64,000 nt of DNA from Candidatus Kapaibacterium sp. (GTDB lineage Bacteria > Bacteroidota > Ignavibacteria > Kapaibacteriales > UBA2268). The stretch covers positions 1,056,001 through 1,120,000 of the forward strand of contig OY761611.1 in NCBI GenBank assembly GCA_963664875.1, read 5' to 3'. A program made the translations under genes and the position numbers. Each line of letters starts with the position of its first letter. Positions within the stretch are counted from its first letter, which is position 1. This document shows, in pieces, positions 32,381 through 41,293 of this stretch. The notes under the pieces are model-generated. The model searched no databases and was not told the origin of the DNA. It was given only the letters and a program-made list of their open reading frames with translations.

Positions 32381-33376
32381 TTATCTGAGAAAATCAAATA
32401 AAGTATTTTGAGAAATTTTTGCTCCTATTTGTAAGGCGTATTGTAGAGCAATTTCGTTTTTTTTCAGATTGATTGTTGCTTCTGCTATGTCTGTGTCATT
32501 TGATTCAGACTTAAAGGCGTTCAATCTTGTATTTTCTTCTTTCAAAAGGAGCACTCCCTGCTCTATTCTATTGATTTTAGAACCATTCCTACCACCTAAA
32601 TCAATAATTTTCTCATTATACTCAGCAACCTCTCTTTGATACTGATTCAGCATTCCTATATCGCTTTTATTGAAAGTATCGTCTTTTTCTCGAAGCTGCC
32701 CTTGGTCATTATATGCAAATAGGTTATACAGATTGATAATAGAGTCAAACATTTCTGTACCGCTTGATCCAAATAATTTATCAGGAGTTGTATTGACTTG
32801 TTCCTGAGTTTGTACATCTTTGTTTATCATTCTCTCTTTGAAATTGCCTTTGAAGACAACAGACAAACCGGATGGGTTGTCCTCTGTGGGTTCGCCTTCC
32901 ACTATTTCAAAAGGCATATTATTTTCTGCAGGAGGAGTTCTGTCTAAAGATTCAGGAGTTGTTTTATTACCTGAAAAAAGATAATTGCCGTTAAATTCAG
33001 CATTTGCCTCTTTTACTATGTCATCTAACAATCCGCGAATATAAATCCCAAGTGTTTGCAAGTTACCAAGGTTTCCCGTCTTAGAACCATCTACAGCTAA
33101 ATCTCGAATACTATTTAAATGATCAGATATGGCGGTAATAGATTCATCTACGGCGTATAGCTCTCCTATAGCTTTCTCGTTTACGCGGATATACTGATCA
33201 TTTTCAGACATCCTGTTTGTCAGTTTTTTTATGTCAATCATAGCTTCCGGGTCATCAGCCATAGTAATTAGCCTCTGGCCTGTAGAAACCTGAATTTCTG
33301 CACGGTACTTTTCTTCCTGCACTCTGCTGACATTATTGCCGAAACCGATATATGAAGAATTTGAAGTAACTCTCAT
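32381..33376 (-). CDS. flgL: Flagellar hook-filament junction protein FlgL
   Basis: MRVT, VSTGQRL...DDP, NGNYLFSG, DTDIAE, TLFDFLR. Follows flgK. Confidence 0.9.
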   Translation of the reverse strand: MRVTSNSSYIGFGNNVSRVQEEKYRAEIQVSTGQRLITMADDPEAMIDIKKLTNRMSENDQYIRVNEKAIGELYAVDESITAISDHLNSIRDLAVDGSKTGNLGNLQTLGIYIRGLLDDIVKEANAEFNGNYLFSGNKTTPESLDRTPPAENNMPFEIVEGEPTEDNPSGLSVVFKGNFKERMINKDVQTQEQVNTTPDKLFGSSGTEMFDSIINLYNLFAYNDQGQLREKDDTFNKSDIGMLNQYQREVAEYNEKIIDLGGRNGSKINRIEQGVLLLKEENTRLNAFKSESNDTDIAEATINLKKNEIALQYALQIGAKISQNTLFDFLR

Positions 33377-33397
33377 TGTGCCTTTCCCCCTCTTTTA

Positions 33398-34840
33398 CTA
33401 TCTGCCAAGATTAACTATAGTAGTCAAAATCTCATCAGTAACATTTACGATTCTTGATGATGCTTCAAATGCTTTTTGGAATTTCACTAATGAAATTGCT
33501 TCTTCATCTAAATTCACACCAACAATAGACTCTCTCTGAGTATCAAGTTGCTGACCTATTAGCTGAGTAGTTTTCCTACCGCTAATTGCTTCTTTGCCCA
33601 TATTCCCGATTTTATTCAATATCGTAGCATAATACTCTGTAGGAGTACTGTCTTCAATGAAATTTTCATAAGAGCTGAGCCGTGCAATCTTCAGCGCTAT
33701 GCTGTTATTGCCATCTTCGCCTGCTACATCAGAAAGTGGAATATCATCCGGTTTATTCCAAACATCATCGGAGACTCTGATATTTATTGCCTTGGCAGCT
33801 CCTACCACAGGCTCAAAGAAATTTCTTCCCGGAGGAGTAGTGCCGGTATCGTTCAGACCATAGCCTGTATTCATCAGTGCATTTACCTGCTGAACTATTC
33901 CGTTTGCAAACTCATCTAACTTTTTAGCAACAGAGTAGCCTGAACTTGTATCATTATCGTCTAAAGTTTCGTTATACAGCGTTACTTTGGTAGCTAATTC
34001 GCCATTTTGGAGAGTCAAAGTTTCAACATTTTTACCGTTCAAATCTTCTTTTGTAATGTTGATAGTCCTCTCGCCTGTGGCTGAATTTAATGACTCATTT
34101 GCTTTTACTTCGCTATACATCGTATCGGTAATAATATTAATACCATTGATAAATACATTAACGGAGCCATTGTCATTAGTGCCAAGTGTAATATTAGCAA
34201 ATTTAGATAACTCTTCTAATTTGACCTCACGCTCATCTACATAAGTCTGTGCTTCTATGCTCGTCTCAGCTTTAGTCAAACCAATCGAACGATTGAGCTC
34301 CGCAATATCTTTGAGAAGGTGATTGATATTGGAAACATCTGATTCTATGTTTGCACGAATGTCATCTCTCATATCTACAACCTGCTTAGCAGTCAAATTG
34401 AACCTATCTGTCAGCTGCTTTGCAGTATCAAGCAGGTGATCTCTCAGAGCGGTATCGTGTGGGTTAGTAGATATTTCGTCAAAAGTATTGAAAAAGGAGG
34501 TAGTAAGCTCGCTAAGTCCATTATCTGATGGCTCAGCGAGAATAGATTCTAATCTTGTAAGCAATGATTCCTGCAGAGCATAGCCCGCATTATTTGAGAT
34601 GTTGTTTCGGATTTCTTTATCCTGCATTTCGCTACGAAACGAACGGAGCTTGTCAGTCAAAACACCGGTACCTAAAAACTGACCGGAAATATTGACCGGA
34701 GTAGTTTCGGACATGACTGCCTGTCTTCGGGAATAACCAACAGTATTTATGTTGGCAATGTTATTGGAAGTAACATCCAATCCGAATTTTTGGGCAAGCA
34801 GAGCCCTTTTGCCTATCTCAAGTGAAGAAAAGCTACTCAT
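33398..34840 (-). CDS. flgK: Flagellar hook-associated protein FlgK
   Basis: VTSNNIANINTVGYSRR, LGTGV, GVNLDEE..LVKFQKAFEAS. Confidence 0.95.
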   Translation of the reverse strand: MSSFSSLEIGKRALLAQKFGLDVTSNNIANINTVGYSRRQAVMSETTPVNISGQFLGTGVLTDKLRSFRSEMQDKEIRNNISNNAGYALQESLLTRLESILAEPSDNGLSELTTSFFNTFDEISTNPHDTALRDHLLDTAKQLTDRFNLTAKQVVDMRDDIRANIESDVSNINHLLKDIAELNRSIGLTKAETSIEAQTYVDEREVKLEELSKFANITLGTNDNGSVNVFINGINIITDTMYSEVKANESLNSATGERTINITKEDLNGKNVETLTLQNGELATKVTLYNETLDDNDTSSGYSVAKKLDEFANGIVQQVNALMNTGYGLNDTGTTPPGRNFFEPVVGAAKAINIRVSDDVWNKPDDIPLSDVAGEDGNNSIALKIARLSSYENFIEDSTPTEYYATILNKIGNMGKEAISGRKTTQLIGQQLDTQRESIVGVNLDEEAISLVKFQKAFEASSRIVNVTDEILTTIVNLGR

Positions 34841-34859
34841 AGAAATCCTTTCGTATTAG

Positions 34860-34873
34860 TGCCGTCCGTGGCA
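34860..34873 (-). promoter_or_regulatory. Putative CsrA/RsmA-binding hairpin in the flgK leader
   Basis: mRNA-sense TGCC-ACGGAC-GGCA (ANGGAN hexaloop), with a second AAGGA in the SD shortly downstream. Confidence 0.6.
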
Positions 34874-34882
34874 GAAATATAC

Positions 34883-35236
34883 TTAGTTGATACCTGTGAA
34901 CTGATGCTGTTTAATGACTTCAGAAATTTCATCGGCCATCGAAAGCAAGTTGTTAGTATCAGAGTATTTCAATTTGTTAATAAGAGCCAAATAGTCTTTG
35001 CACTCATCTAAAAAGCCTGTTGCTTTTATAAGAGAACGAATCCTTTCGATTCTCTTGCTTTGTTTCATTCCTTCTTCTAAACTTCTTGGAACTGAGTTAG
35101 CACATTCGTTTAGTCTAACTTTAACTCCGTAAATTTCCGAAGACGGTATGCTTTCTGTAAGCTCGTTTACTGACTGCACGAACAGTTCTGTAATCTGCCA
35201 TACATTAGTGCTTGTTATGCTTTTAGGTGAACTCAT
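34883..35236 (-). CDS. Divergent four-helix-bundle protein (23S rRNA IVP/TIGR02436/Avd-like)
   Basis: NVWQ...LTESIPSSEIYG...ANSVPRSLEEG...GFLDECKDYL matches the family pattern VWQ...FPxxExYGL...AxSIxxNIxEG...GSLxExxxxL. 117 aa, strong SD. Confidence 0.7.
   Translation of the reverse strand: MSSPKSITSTNVWQITELFVQSVNELTESIPSSEIYGVKVRLNECANSVPRSLEEGMKQSKRIERIRSLIKATGFLDECKDYLALINKLKYSDTNNLLSMADEISEVIKQHQFTGIN
34929..34956 (-). promoter_or_regulatory. Candidate sigma-28 (FliA/SigD) promoter for flgK-flgL-motA
   Basis: Minus strand CTAAC-N15-GCCGATGA versus consensus TAAA-N15-GCCGATAA: exact spacing, one mismatch per box, ~90 nt upstream of flgK. Confidence 0.45.
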
Positions 35237-35238
35237 TT

Positions 35239-35252
35239 GTACCTCCTTGTAC
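35239..35252 (-). promoter_or_regulatory. Putative CsrA-binding hairpin over the SD of the four-helix-bundle gene
   Basis: mRNA-sense GTAC-AAGGAG-GTAC, close to the CsrA consensus RUACARGGAUGU. Confidence 0.55.
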
Positions 35253-35266
35253 CTTGCTTTAGTCCG

Positions 35267-35704
35267 TTATACCGTTACATTGCAAACGTGTTTTTTTTCT
35301 TCCCTGAATACTTCTAAAAATTCAGCGAAAGTGCGACGAGCGCGATTGGATAAAATCCTGTTATCCATATTTATCTTTTTCAATTTTTCAGTCAAAATCA
35401 TCATATAGTCTTTCAATGCAGAAATTTCTACAAGCTCCTCGCCGTGAAAGTGTTTCTCCAAATCAGACATTTTGATTTGCATTGCAGATGTTCTCGAAAC
35501 TTTCAACCAATTCATCATCATTTTGATTCTTTGGTTCTCTGCATTTCTTAACGATTTAAGAGCTTCTTCCTGCATTTCTGCAGTTTTTAGTACGGTTTCA
35601 ATATCAATCTGTACTAATGCTTTCTGCTGTTGCTCTGCATAGCTTATTAGCTGCTCGAGTAATTGCTGTTCAAATTTCAAATATGTAAAAAGTTGGGTCA
35701 GCAT
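35267..35704 (-). CDS. flgN: Flagellar export chaperone FlgN
   Basis: 145-aa helical protein, EQQQKALVQ.D.E...E..R...LKKINMDNRIL, position upstream of flgK. Confidence 0.75.
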   Translation of the reverse strand: MLTQLFTYLKFEQQLLEQLISYAEQQQKALVQIDIETVLKTAEMQEEALKSLRNAENQRIKMMMNWLKVSRTSAMQIKMSDLEKHFHGEELVEISALKDYMMILTEKLKKINMDNRILSNRARRTFAEFLEVFREEKKHVCNVTV

Positions 35705-35714
35705 ATTTACTCCT

Positions 35715-36596
35715 TTAATCTAAGTTCTCGTCATATTTGCCAAGATAATTAAGTACTTTTTTTACATAATTCTGAGTTTCGTTGAAAGGAGGCACTCCCC
35801 CATATTTTTCGACATTGCCCGGGCCTGCATTATAAGCTGCCAAAGCAGTAGTCGTGTCGTTTCCGAATCTATCAAGTAAATATCTAAGATACTTAGTGCC
35901 ACCCATAATATTCTGCACAGGGTCAAACGAATCGCGTACGCCCATGTCGCTTGCAGTTCCATCCATAAGTTGCATCAAACCTTTTGCTCCCACCGGAGAA
36001 ACAGCGTTATATTTGCCGGCAGACTCAGTTCTGATTACGCTTTTGATCAGATTTTCTGAGATACCGTATTTGTCAGCAGCTTGTTTTATAATCGGCATAA
36101 ATTGCTCGATTCTATCGTTTAATTTATTAGCATTAACAGCTTTAAATGCATTATTTACCTGTTCGGTATTTTTGCTTTCTTCAAATACTGGTAATGAGCT
36201 TTGTCTGATTAAATCAGAATATCCTTCTACAGAGTTTGTGATATTGCTTATCTCATGCCCACCGGTCATTTGCTTGAAAACCATTTCTGCTATTCCAATC
36301 CCCTTGCCGGTTTTCGCAATATCATCAGACAAAAGCATATCTGCATATCCGCCTAATGTATCAGCTCCGAAAGTTTCTTCCTCTTTGTTTTCTTCCAACA
36401 TCGAACTTTTCATCTGTTTGATAAGCATATTGACAAACATTGACTCAAAGCCGCGAGCAGCTTTTTCGTATTGTGTCCTTTCTTCCTTAGACAAATCCCT
36501 TTTAGCAGAAAGTGCCTGCACTCCGCTAAGTTGGTCTAACTTCGATTTGAATAAAGATTCGTTGTTAGAAATATTATTTAATTCAGAAACATTCAT
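35715..36596 (-). CDS. flgJ: FlgJ rod-binding domain fused to an SLT lytic transglycosylase
   Basis: N-terminal KAARGFESMFVNMLIKQMKSS...GIGIAEMVFKQM. C-terminal SVIRTES, AVSPVGAKGLMQLM, ALAAYNAGPG, ETQNYV. Confidence 0.85.
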   Translation of the reverse strand: MNVSELNNISNNESLFKSKLDQLSGVQALSAKRDLSKEERTQYEKAARGFESMFVNMLIKQMKSSMLEENKEEETFGADTLGGYADMLLSDDIAKTGKGIGIAEMVFKQMTGGHEISNITNSVEGYSDLIRQSSLPVFEESKNTEQVNNAFKAVNANKLNDRIEQFMPIIKQAADKYGISENLIKSVIRTESAGKYNAVSPVGAKGLMQLMDGTASDMGVRDSFDPVQNIMGGTKYLRYLLDRFGNDTTTALAAYNAGPGNVEKYGGVPPFNETQNYVKKVLNYLGKYDENLD

Positions 36597-36600
36597 ATCA

Positions 36601-37734
36601 CTACTGAATAATTAGTTCGCCTTGTAATGAACCGGCTTCTTTAAGTGCCTGGAATATGGCTATTAAATCTCTTGGTCTTACTTCAAGTAGATTGAGAGCA
36701 TTCGACATATCCTGAACATTAGCACCTACACCGTTGATAGCTATTGCTTTTTTGACTTCCTCATTTGCAGAAATTTCTGCAGTTTCGGCTGGCTGTGGTG
36801 GTCTTATCGTGAATGGAGCCGGTTGTGGCACCAGTACTTGCTTTTCTATCGTGATTTCTAAACCACCATGAGCAATAGTCGCAGGTAAAAGCTCTACATT
36901 ACCTCCGACAACTACTGTGCCAGTCCTTTCGTTGATAACGACCTTTGCGATTGGATCTGATTGAATATTATCTATAGTTTCTATTGCAGCTATAGTTTGC
37001 ATTGATTCCGTAACATCTTGTCCTGCAGGGAGTTGCACCTGCACAGTGCCGGGGTCTAATACCTTCGCAGCATCGGCATCGAGCCCATCCAAACCTGCAC
37101 TATTTATGGCATTTGCAATGATTGTAGCAGTCGTAAAATCAGGTTCTTTGAGGCTAATATTGACCTGCTGGTTAGAAATAACCTCACTATTCATTTGCAT
37201 TTCCAGTATAAGACCATTGGGAACTCTGCCTGTAGTAGTTGAGTTTTTACTAACCATAGAACCAAGAGCTCTATAGTCAAACCCACCTATGGAAACCGGA
37301 CCTTGAGCCATTCCGACTATGTTCCCGTCACTCATCGATATAGGAGTCATTAGCAATACGCCGCCCTGCAAAGAAGTAGCATCTCCTATTGAGGAAACTA
37401 CTACGTCTATTTTGGAGCCTCGGTTAGAAAATGCAGGTATATTGGCAGTTACCATTACTGCTGCAACGTTTCTGACTCTGGGATTGCTTGTAGGTATTGT
37501 AAGACCGAATCTTTTTAGCATATTTGATACTGATTGCACTGTGTAGGAAGTCTGTTGATTATCACCTGTCTGATTGAGACCGGTAACCAATCCGTAGCCT
37601 ATCACCTGCACCGTCGAATTCCCTTCTATAGAAGCAATATCTTTGATTCTTGCACCACTAAGCTCTACGGGTGCAAACAGGAGCACCCATAGAGTTGTGA
37701 GTATGAGGGTAATATGTATGAGTATTTTAATCAA
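36601..37734 (-). CDS. flgI: Flagellar P-ring protein
   Basis: ARIKDIA, GYGLVTGLNQTGD, NVAAVMVTA, SIGDATSLQGG, VINERTGTVV, ALKEAGSL. Confidence 0.96.
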   Translation of the reverse strand: MIKILIHITLILTTLWVLLFAPVELSGARIKDIASIEGNSTVQVIGYGLVTGLNQTGDNQQTSYTVQSVSNMLKRFGLTIPTSNPRVRNVAAVMVTANIPAFSNRGSKIDVVVSSIGDATSLQGGVLLMTPISMSDGNIVGMAQGPVSIGGFDYRALGSMVSKNSTTTGRVPNGLILEMQMNSEVISNQQVNISLKEPDFTTATIIANAINSAGLDGLDADAAKVLDPGTVQVQLPAGQDVTESMQTIAAIETIDNIQSDPIAKVVINERTGTVVVGGNVELLPATIAHGGLEITIEKQVLVPQPAPFTIRPPQPAETAEISANEEVKKAIAINGVGANVQDMSNALNLLEVRPRDLIAIFQALKEAGSLQGELIIQ

Positions 37735-38315
37735 AACAGCATTCTCAAAAACTTAGTTATCAAACCCGGTTCCTGAATCTCTGAAATTTCCCCCTGCCCC
37801 TCTATTCGGAGTGTGAGGTCTAAAATATTATATGACATTACAGAATTATCAGGTGCAATATCCACCTTCCTGACAATCCCCTCGATAAATATCTTTTGCT
37901 CTTCGTTGTTTATCTTTGTGGTACGTGTACCTTGAATCTTCAGATCTCCGTTTTCAAGTACTTCAATTACTCTTGCACTTAGCTTTGATCTGATTTTTTC
38001 ACTTCTTCCGGTGTTGCCTGAGGCTGAATGTTTATTTCCTGTACCGATACCGGCACCGACACTACCACCTGAGCTGCCTACATTACCTGAAACGCCAAGG
38101 CTCAAATCTGTAGATCTTCCTGTCGTGGTCTCAGCAGAATGATCCGCTTCTGTGTCTTCCATGATATAAACCATCACGGCGTCGCCGGTCTGAAATGCTT
38201 TCACATCAGAAAACAAAGATCGCTGACTGCTTTGTATAAATTGGGCATTCGCGGAAAAATTTCCGCAAATGCCTATTAAAAGTGCAGCGATAAATATGTT
38301 TCGGATAAAAATCAT
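37731..38315 (-). CDS. flgH: Flagellar L-ring protein
   Basis: LFSDVKA..GD, ARVIEVLENGDLKIQG, GIVRKVDIAPDNSV, QEPGLITKF. Confidence 0.9.
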   Translation of the reverse strand: MIFIRNIFIAALLIGICGNFSANAQFIQSSQRSLFSDVKAFQTGDAVMVYIMEDTEADHSAETTTGRSTDLSLGVSGNVGSSGGSVGAGIGTGNKHSASGNTGRSEKIRSKLSARVIEVLENGDLKIQGTRTTKINNEEQKIFIEGIVRKVDIAPDNSVMSYNILDLTLRIEGQGEISEIQEPGLITKFLRMLF

Positions 38316-39037
38316 TTCGTCCCTGAAATTTCTGATACATCCTTGTAATAATCCGGTGGAGCAATTACTACACTGCCATCCTTGGCAACTATTCCTTGTA
38401 GTACCTTGCTCTCACCTGTTCTTTTTATCCGAATGTTATCTCCTGCGCAAGCATCCTGCAGAGAAACTGCGTTTGCTCTGATTTTGACTGCACCGGAAAT
38501 AACAAGCAGCTCCACCATATCGCCGCGTTTGACTAAGAGTGGTCCTTTGGTGTCGCTGTAAGCGATTGGTTCTCCACGTCTAATATTTTTAGCCATAGTT
38601 CTGCCAATCAACTCTTGTGTGTCGTAATTCTGTTTTTTTAATGTTGAGATTTCAACTCTTTCTAAAGTGATATCATCTGAAGTAATCTCATCGCCTTGTT
38701 TCAAATGCTTGGAAGCAACAGGGAGCAAAGCAAATTCTTTTACTTCAAGTTTGACCTGAATTGTTTTTTCTATAGTATCACCTGATTTGAAAACTATTGT
38801 TACCATAGCAATACCTTTCAAATCACCTGACCCTTTTATTTCTGCATGTATATTGTCTTTTTGAAAGACAAGATCCGGAGTCAAGCCAAACATTTTAATT
38901 TCGAAATCACCGCTAAGTTTTGATTCTACATAGCTTTTGGCGGCAGCTTCCAATCTCTCTCCCTTAAATGAAGAAGCTGCCTCGCCGGCATATACAAATA
39001 AGCATATTAAAAAGCTATATAGTAGTATCTGTTTCAT
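38312..39037 (-). CDS. flgA: Flagellar P-ring chaperone
   Basis: Signal peptide, SAF domain, LVKRGDMV...A.SLQD...GDNIRI. Lies between flgG and flgH. Confidence 0.88.
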   Translation of the reverse strand: MKQILLYSFLICLFVYAGEAASSFKGERLEAAAKSYVESKLSGDFEIKMFGLTPDLVFQKDNIHAEIKGSGDLKGIAMVTIVFKSGDTIEKTIQVKLEVKEFALLPVASKHLKQGDEITSDDITLERVEISTLKKQNYDTQELIGRTMAKNIRRGEPIAYSDTKGPLLVKRGDMVELLVISGAVKIRANAVSLQDACAGDNIRIKRTGESKVLQGIVAKDGSVVIAPPDYYKDVSEISGTK

Positions 39038-39825
39038 TAGCGTTTCAAATTTACTGCAGTGTTTAAAATATTATCTGCTGTCTGCACTGATTTCGAATTC
39101 AATTCGTATGCTCTTTGCGCAGTTATCATATTTACCATTTCTTCTACGATATCTACGTTCGATGTCTCTAAGTGTGATTGCAATATCTGACCTGTATTGT
39201 TTTCTCCCGGCACTTCAAACACAGCATCGCCCGAAGCAGGTGTTTCAAGATAAAGATTATTGCCTTCTGCTCTCAATCCGGCAGGATTAACAAATCTTGC
39301 AAGTGTAAGCTGACCGAGTGAATTGAACTGTGTAGAATTTTCTGGTAGGTAGCTGACTACGCCATCGGGCGAGACACTTACCTCTATTGCATCAGACGGA
39401 ATATTGAAACCCGGGTCTAAAGCATAGCCCTGATTATTTACAAGTACTCCGTTTTTATTTAGCTTAAACGATCCATCGCGTGTATAGGCAAGGCTGTTAT
39501 CCGGTTTTTGTACAACAAAGAACCCATTTCCATTGATTGCTAAATCCAGCTGATTGTTTGTCGATTCGATCACACCTTGACCGAAGTGCTTTGTTGTAGC
39601 TGTGAGTTCTGTACCCGAACCAATTTGCACTTCATTTAGTGGCTCCACTCCGCTTCTGGCTACATTGCCGGCTGGGCGAAGTGTTTCATAGAGCAAATCT
39701 TGAAATTCGGGTCTTACTTTTTTGAAACCGGTCGTATTTACGTTCGCAAGGTTATTAGAGATAATCTCTACATAGCGTTGCTGGGCAGATAAACCGGTTG
39801 ATGCTGTGCGTAGCGTCTTATCCAT
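39037..39825 (-). CDS. flgG: Flagellar distal rod protein
   Basis: ISNNLANVNTTGFKK, FQDLLY, DLAINGNGFF, YTRDGSF, LETSNVDIVEEMVNMITAQRAYELNSK. Confidence 0.96.
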   Translation of the reverse strand: MDKTLRTASTGLSAQQRYVEIISNNLANVNTTGFKKVRPEFQDLLYETLRPAGNVARSGVEPLNEVQIGSGTELTATTKHFGQGVIESTNNQLDLAINGNGFFVVQKPDNSLAYTRDGSFKLNKNGVLVNNQGYALDPGFNIPSDAIEVSVSPDGVVSYLPENSTQFNSLGQLTLARFVNPAGLRAEGNNLYLETPASGDAVFEVPGENNTGQILQSHLETSNVDIVEEMVNMITAQRAYELNSKSVQTADNILNTAVNLKR

Positions 39826-39827
39826 AA

Positions 39828-39866
39828 GTTACCTCCATGTAACATCAGAATATTAATCCATTAATA
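39828..39866 (-). promoter_or_regulatory. Tandem putative CsrA-binding hairpins in the flgF-flgG spacer
   Basis: mRNA-sense TATTA-ATGGAT-TAATA then GTTAC-ATGGAG-GTAAC. The second loop is the flgG SD. Confidence 0.6.
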
Positions 39867-40640
39867 ATATCTGCCCAAGCGAATACTATTAGTAAGGGTA
39901 TCGTCATTCGTTTTGATTACTTTGCTTCCTGCTTCGTACATTCTTTGCAGTTCTATCATCTCAATCATTTCGTTGACCACATTCACGTTTGAACCTTCTA
40001 ACCAGCCCTGCCTCAAAGTAATCTGACTTTCGTCTATTTCTTCGAGCTCAGTCCAGTTAGTAGCAATAAACTCAGAATTTGATATACGCTGCAAAGATTC
40101 TTCATTTTGAACTTTGACTAAAGGGATGGAACCTACTTCTTTGCCGTTGGCATAGACCTGACCTTTTTCATTTATTTTTATTTCAAGAGAGCGAACATCC
40201 ATGTTTGCTGTACCTTCTTCCATGAACTCTTGAAATACATTTATGGGGCCTTCCTTGCCCAGTAAAGTTTTGCCATCCATGGCAGTAATAGTTCCGTCTT
40301 CAGTAAGTTTGAACCTTCCGGCTCTTGTCAGAAATTTTTTGCCTTCTGCGTCCTGCAAGGCAAAAAATCCCTTATTTTCTATAGCCACATCCAATGGGTT
40401 TTCTGTCTGAGTAAAGCTTCCTGCTGAATAATCGACATAAGAACCAATCGGAGGGTCATTTTGCTCCAAATCGCCCGGCGTGTTATAGAAATTAGCTCTG
40501 GCATCTATAAGATTTCGCTCAAAAGCCTGCGAACGCTTATAGCCTGAAGTATTTGCATTAGCTAAGTTGTTAGCTGTTACCTCAAGTTTGGTCTGCTGAT
40601 TTTGCATCCCAAGTGCTGCTGTGAATAATTCCTTTAACAT
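39861..40640 (-). CDS. flgF: Flagellar basal-body rod protein FlgF
   Basis: ANNLANANTSGYK, TENPLDVAI..GFF, TRAGRF, LEGSNVNVVNEMIEMI..QRMYE. Precedes flgG. Confidence 0.88.
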   Translation of the reverse strand: MLKELFTAALGMQNQQTKLEVTANNLANANTSGYKRSQAFERNLIDARANFYNTPGDLEQNDPPIGSYVDYSAGSFTQTENPLDVAIENKGFFALQDAEGKKFLTRAGRFKLTEDGTITAMDGKTLLGKEGPINVFQEFMEEGTANMDVRSLEIKINEKGQVYANGKEVGSIPLVKVQNEESLQRISNSEFIATNWTELEEIDESQITLRQGWLEGSNVNVVNEMIEMIELQRMYEAGSKVIKTNDDTLTNSIRLGRYY

Positions 40641-40667
40641 TTTGTGCTTCCTGCATCAATTTCCTGA

Positions 40668-40940
40668 TTATGAAAAAGCCCGGCTACTGGTTACGAACAT
40701 TTTTCCGACAATATCAGCTATCGGCTCGAGCAACTTTTGCGGCACATTTCCTTTTGCCTCAAGTTTAGCCAACAGCTTCATAATTTGCTCATCACGCTCA
40801 ATATCCAAATTCCTTTTGCGATTAAGCGAAATGATACTCTGAGTCAGAGAGCCTTTGCGTCCTGCAATGCTTACTTCTATCTGCGCGTCCTTTGCTTCAA
40901 ATAGTAAGCTTATAGCATCTCTAAAATTCTTTTTTTCCAT
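40668..40940 (-). CDS. Divergent stand-alone FlhB C-terminal-like protein (FlhX/YlqH type)
   Basis: 90 aa. AISLLF...GRKGSLTQSII...IERD..IMKLLAKL....VP..L..PIADIV parallels AVALxY...AKGxGxxAxxII...IxED..L..LL..L....IP..LY.AVAEIL. First gene of the flagellar cluster. Confidence 0.55.
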   Translation of the reverse strand: MEKKNFRDAISLLFEAKDAQIEVSIAGRKGSLTQSIISLNRKRNLDIERDEQIMKLLAKLEAKGNVPQKLLEPIADIVGKMFVTSSRAFS

Positions 40941-41293
40941 TTCAAATAACTTAGATTATTGTCCATCCTGAATTATCTTCTCACATACATGTATAAAATT
41001 GATACCAATTTCGATATGATTGCCGCTATTGAAATCAAATCCCCGGTGTAATCTATTGATATATTTAGAATTGTAGAATCTCAAAGATTTTTTTCCCCCT
41101 TTTCGTAGGCTCAAAAAAAGCGAATTGAAACAGTAGATTTTTAGCCAATGTATAATATTAGCATACAGTGTGGTTGTTTTTGTGCAGAGGGTGGAAAAGA
41201 AAAAGGATGTGATAATAGAAGTGTTCATCATCTATCACATCCTATTATTTCATCCATATAACATAGGGAAGACAGAGTATCTTTCACAATCAA

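Noticed and set aside
40718-40745. Second sigma-28 promoter (GCCGATAG) upstream of flgF
   Set aside because: No TAAA-like -35 box at 15-nt spacing. No convincing sigma-54 -24/-12 motif was seen at 40941-41290 either
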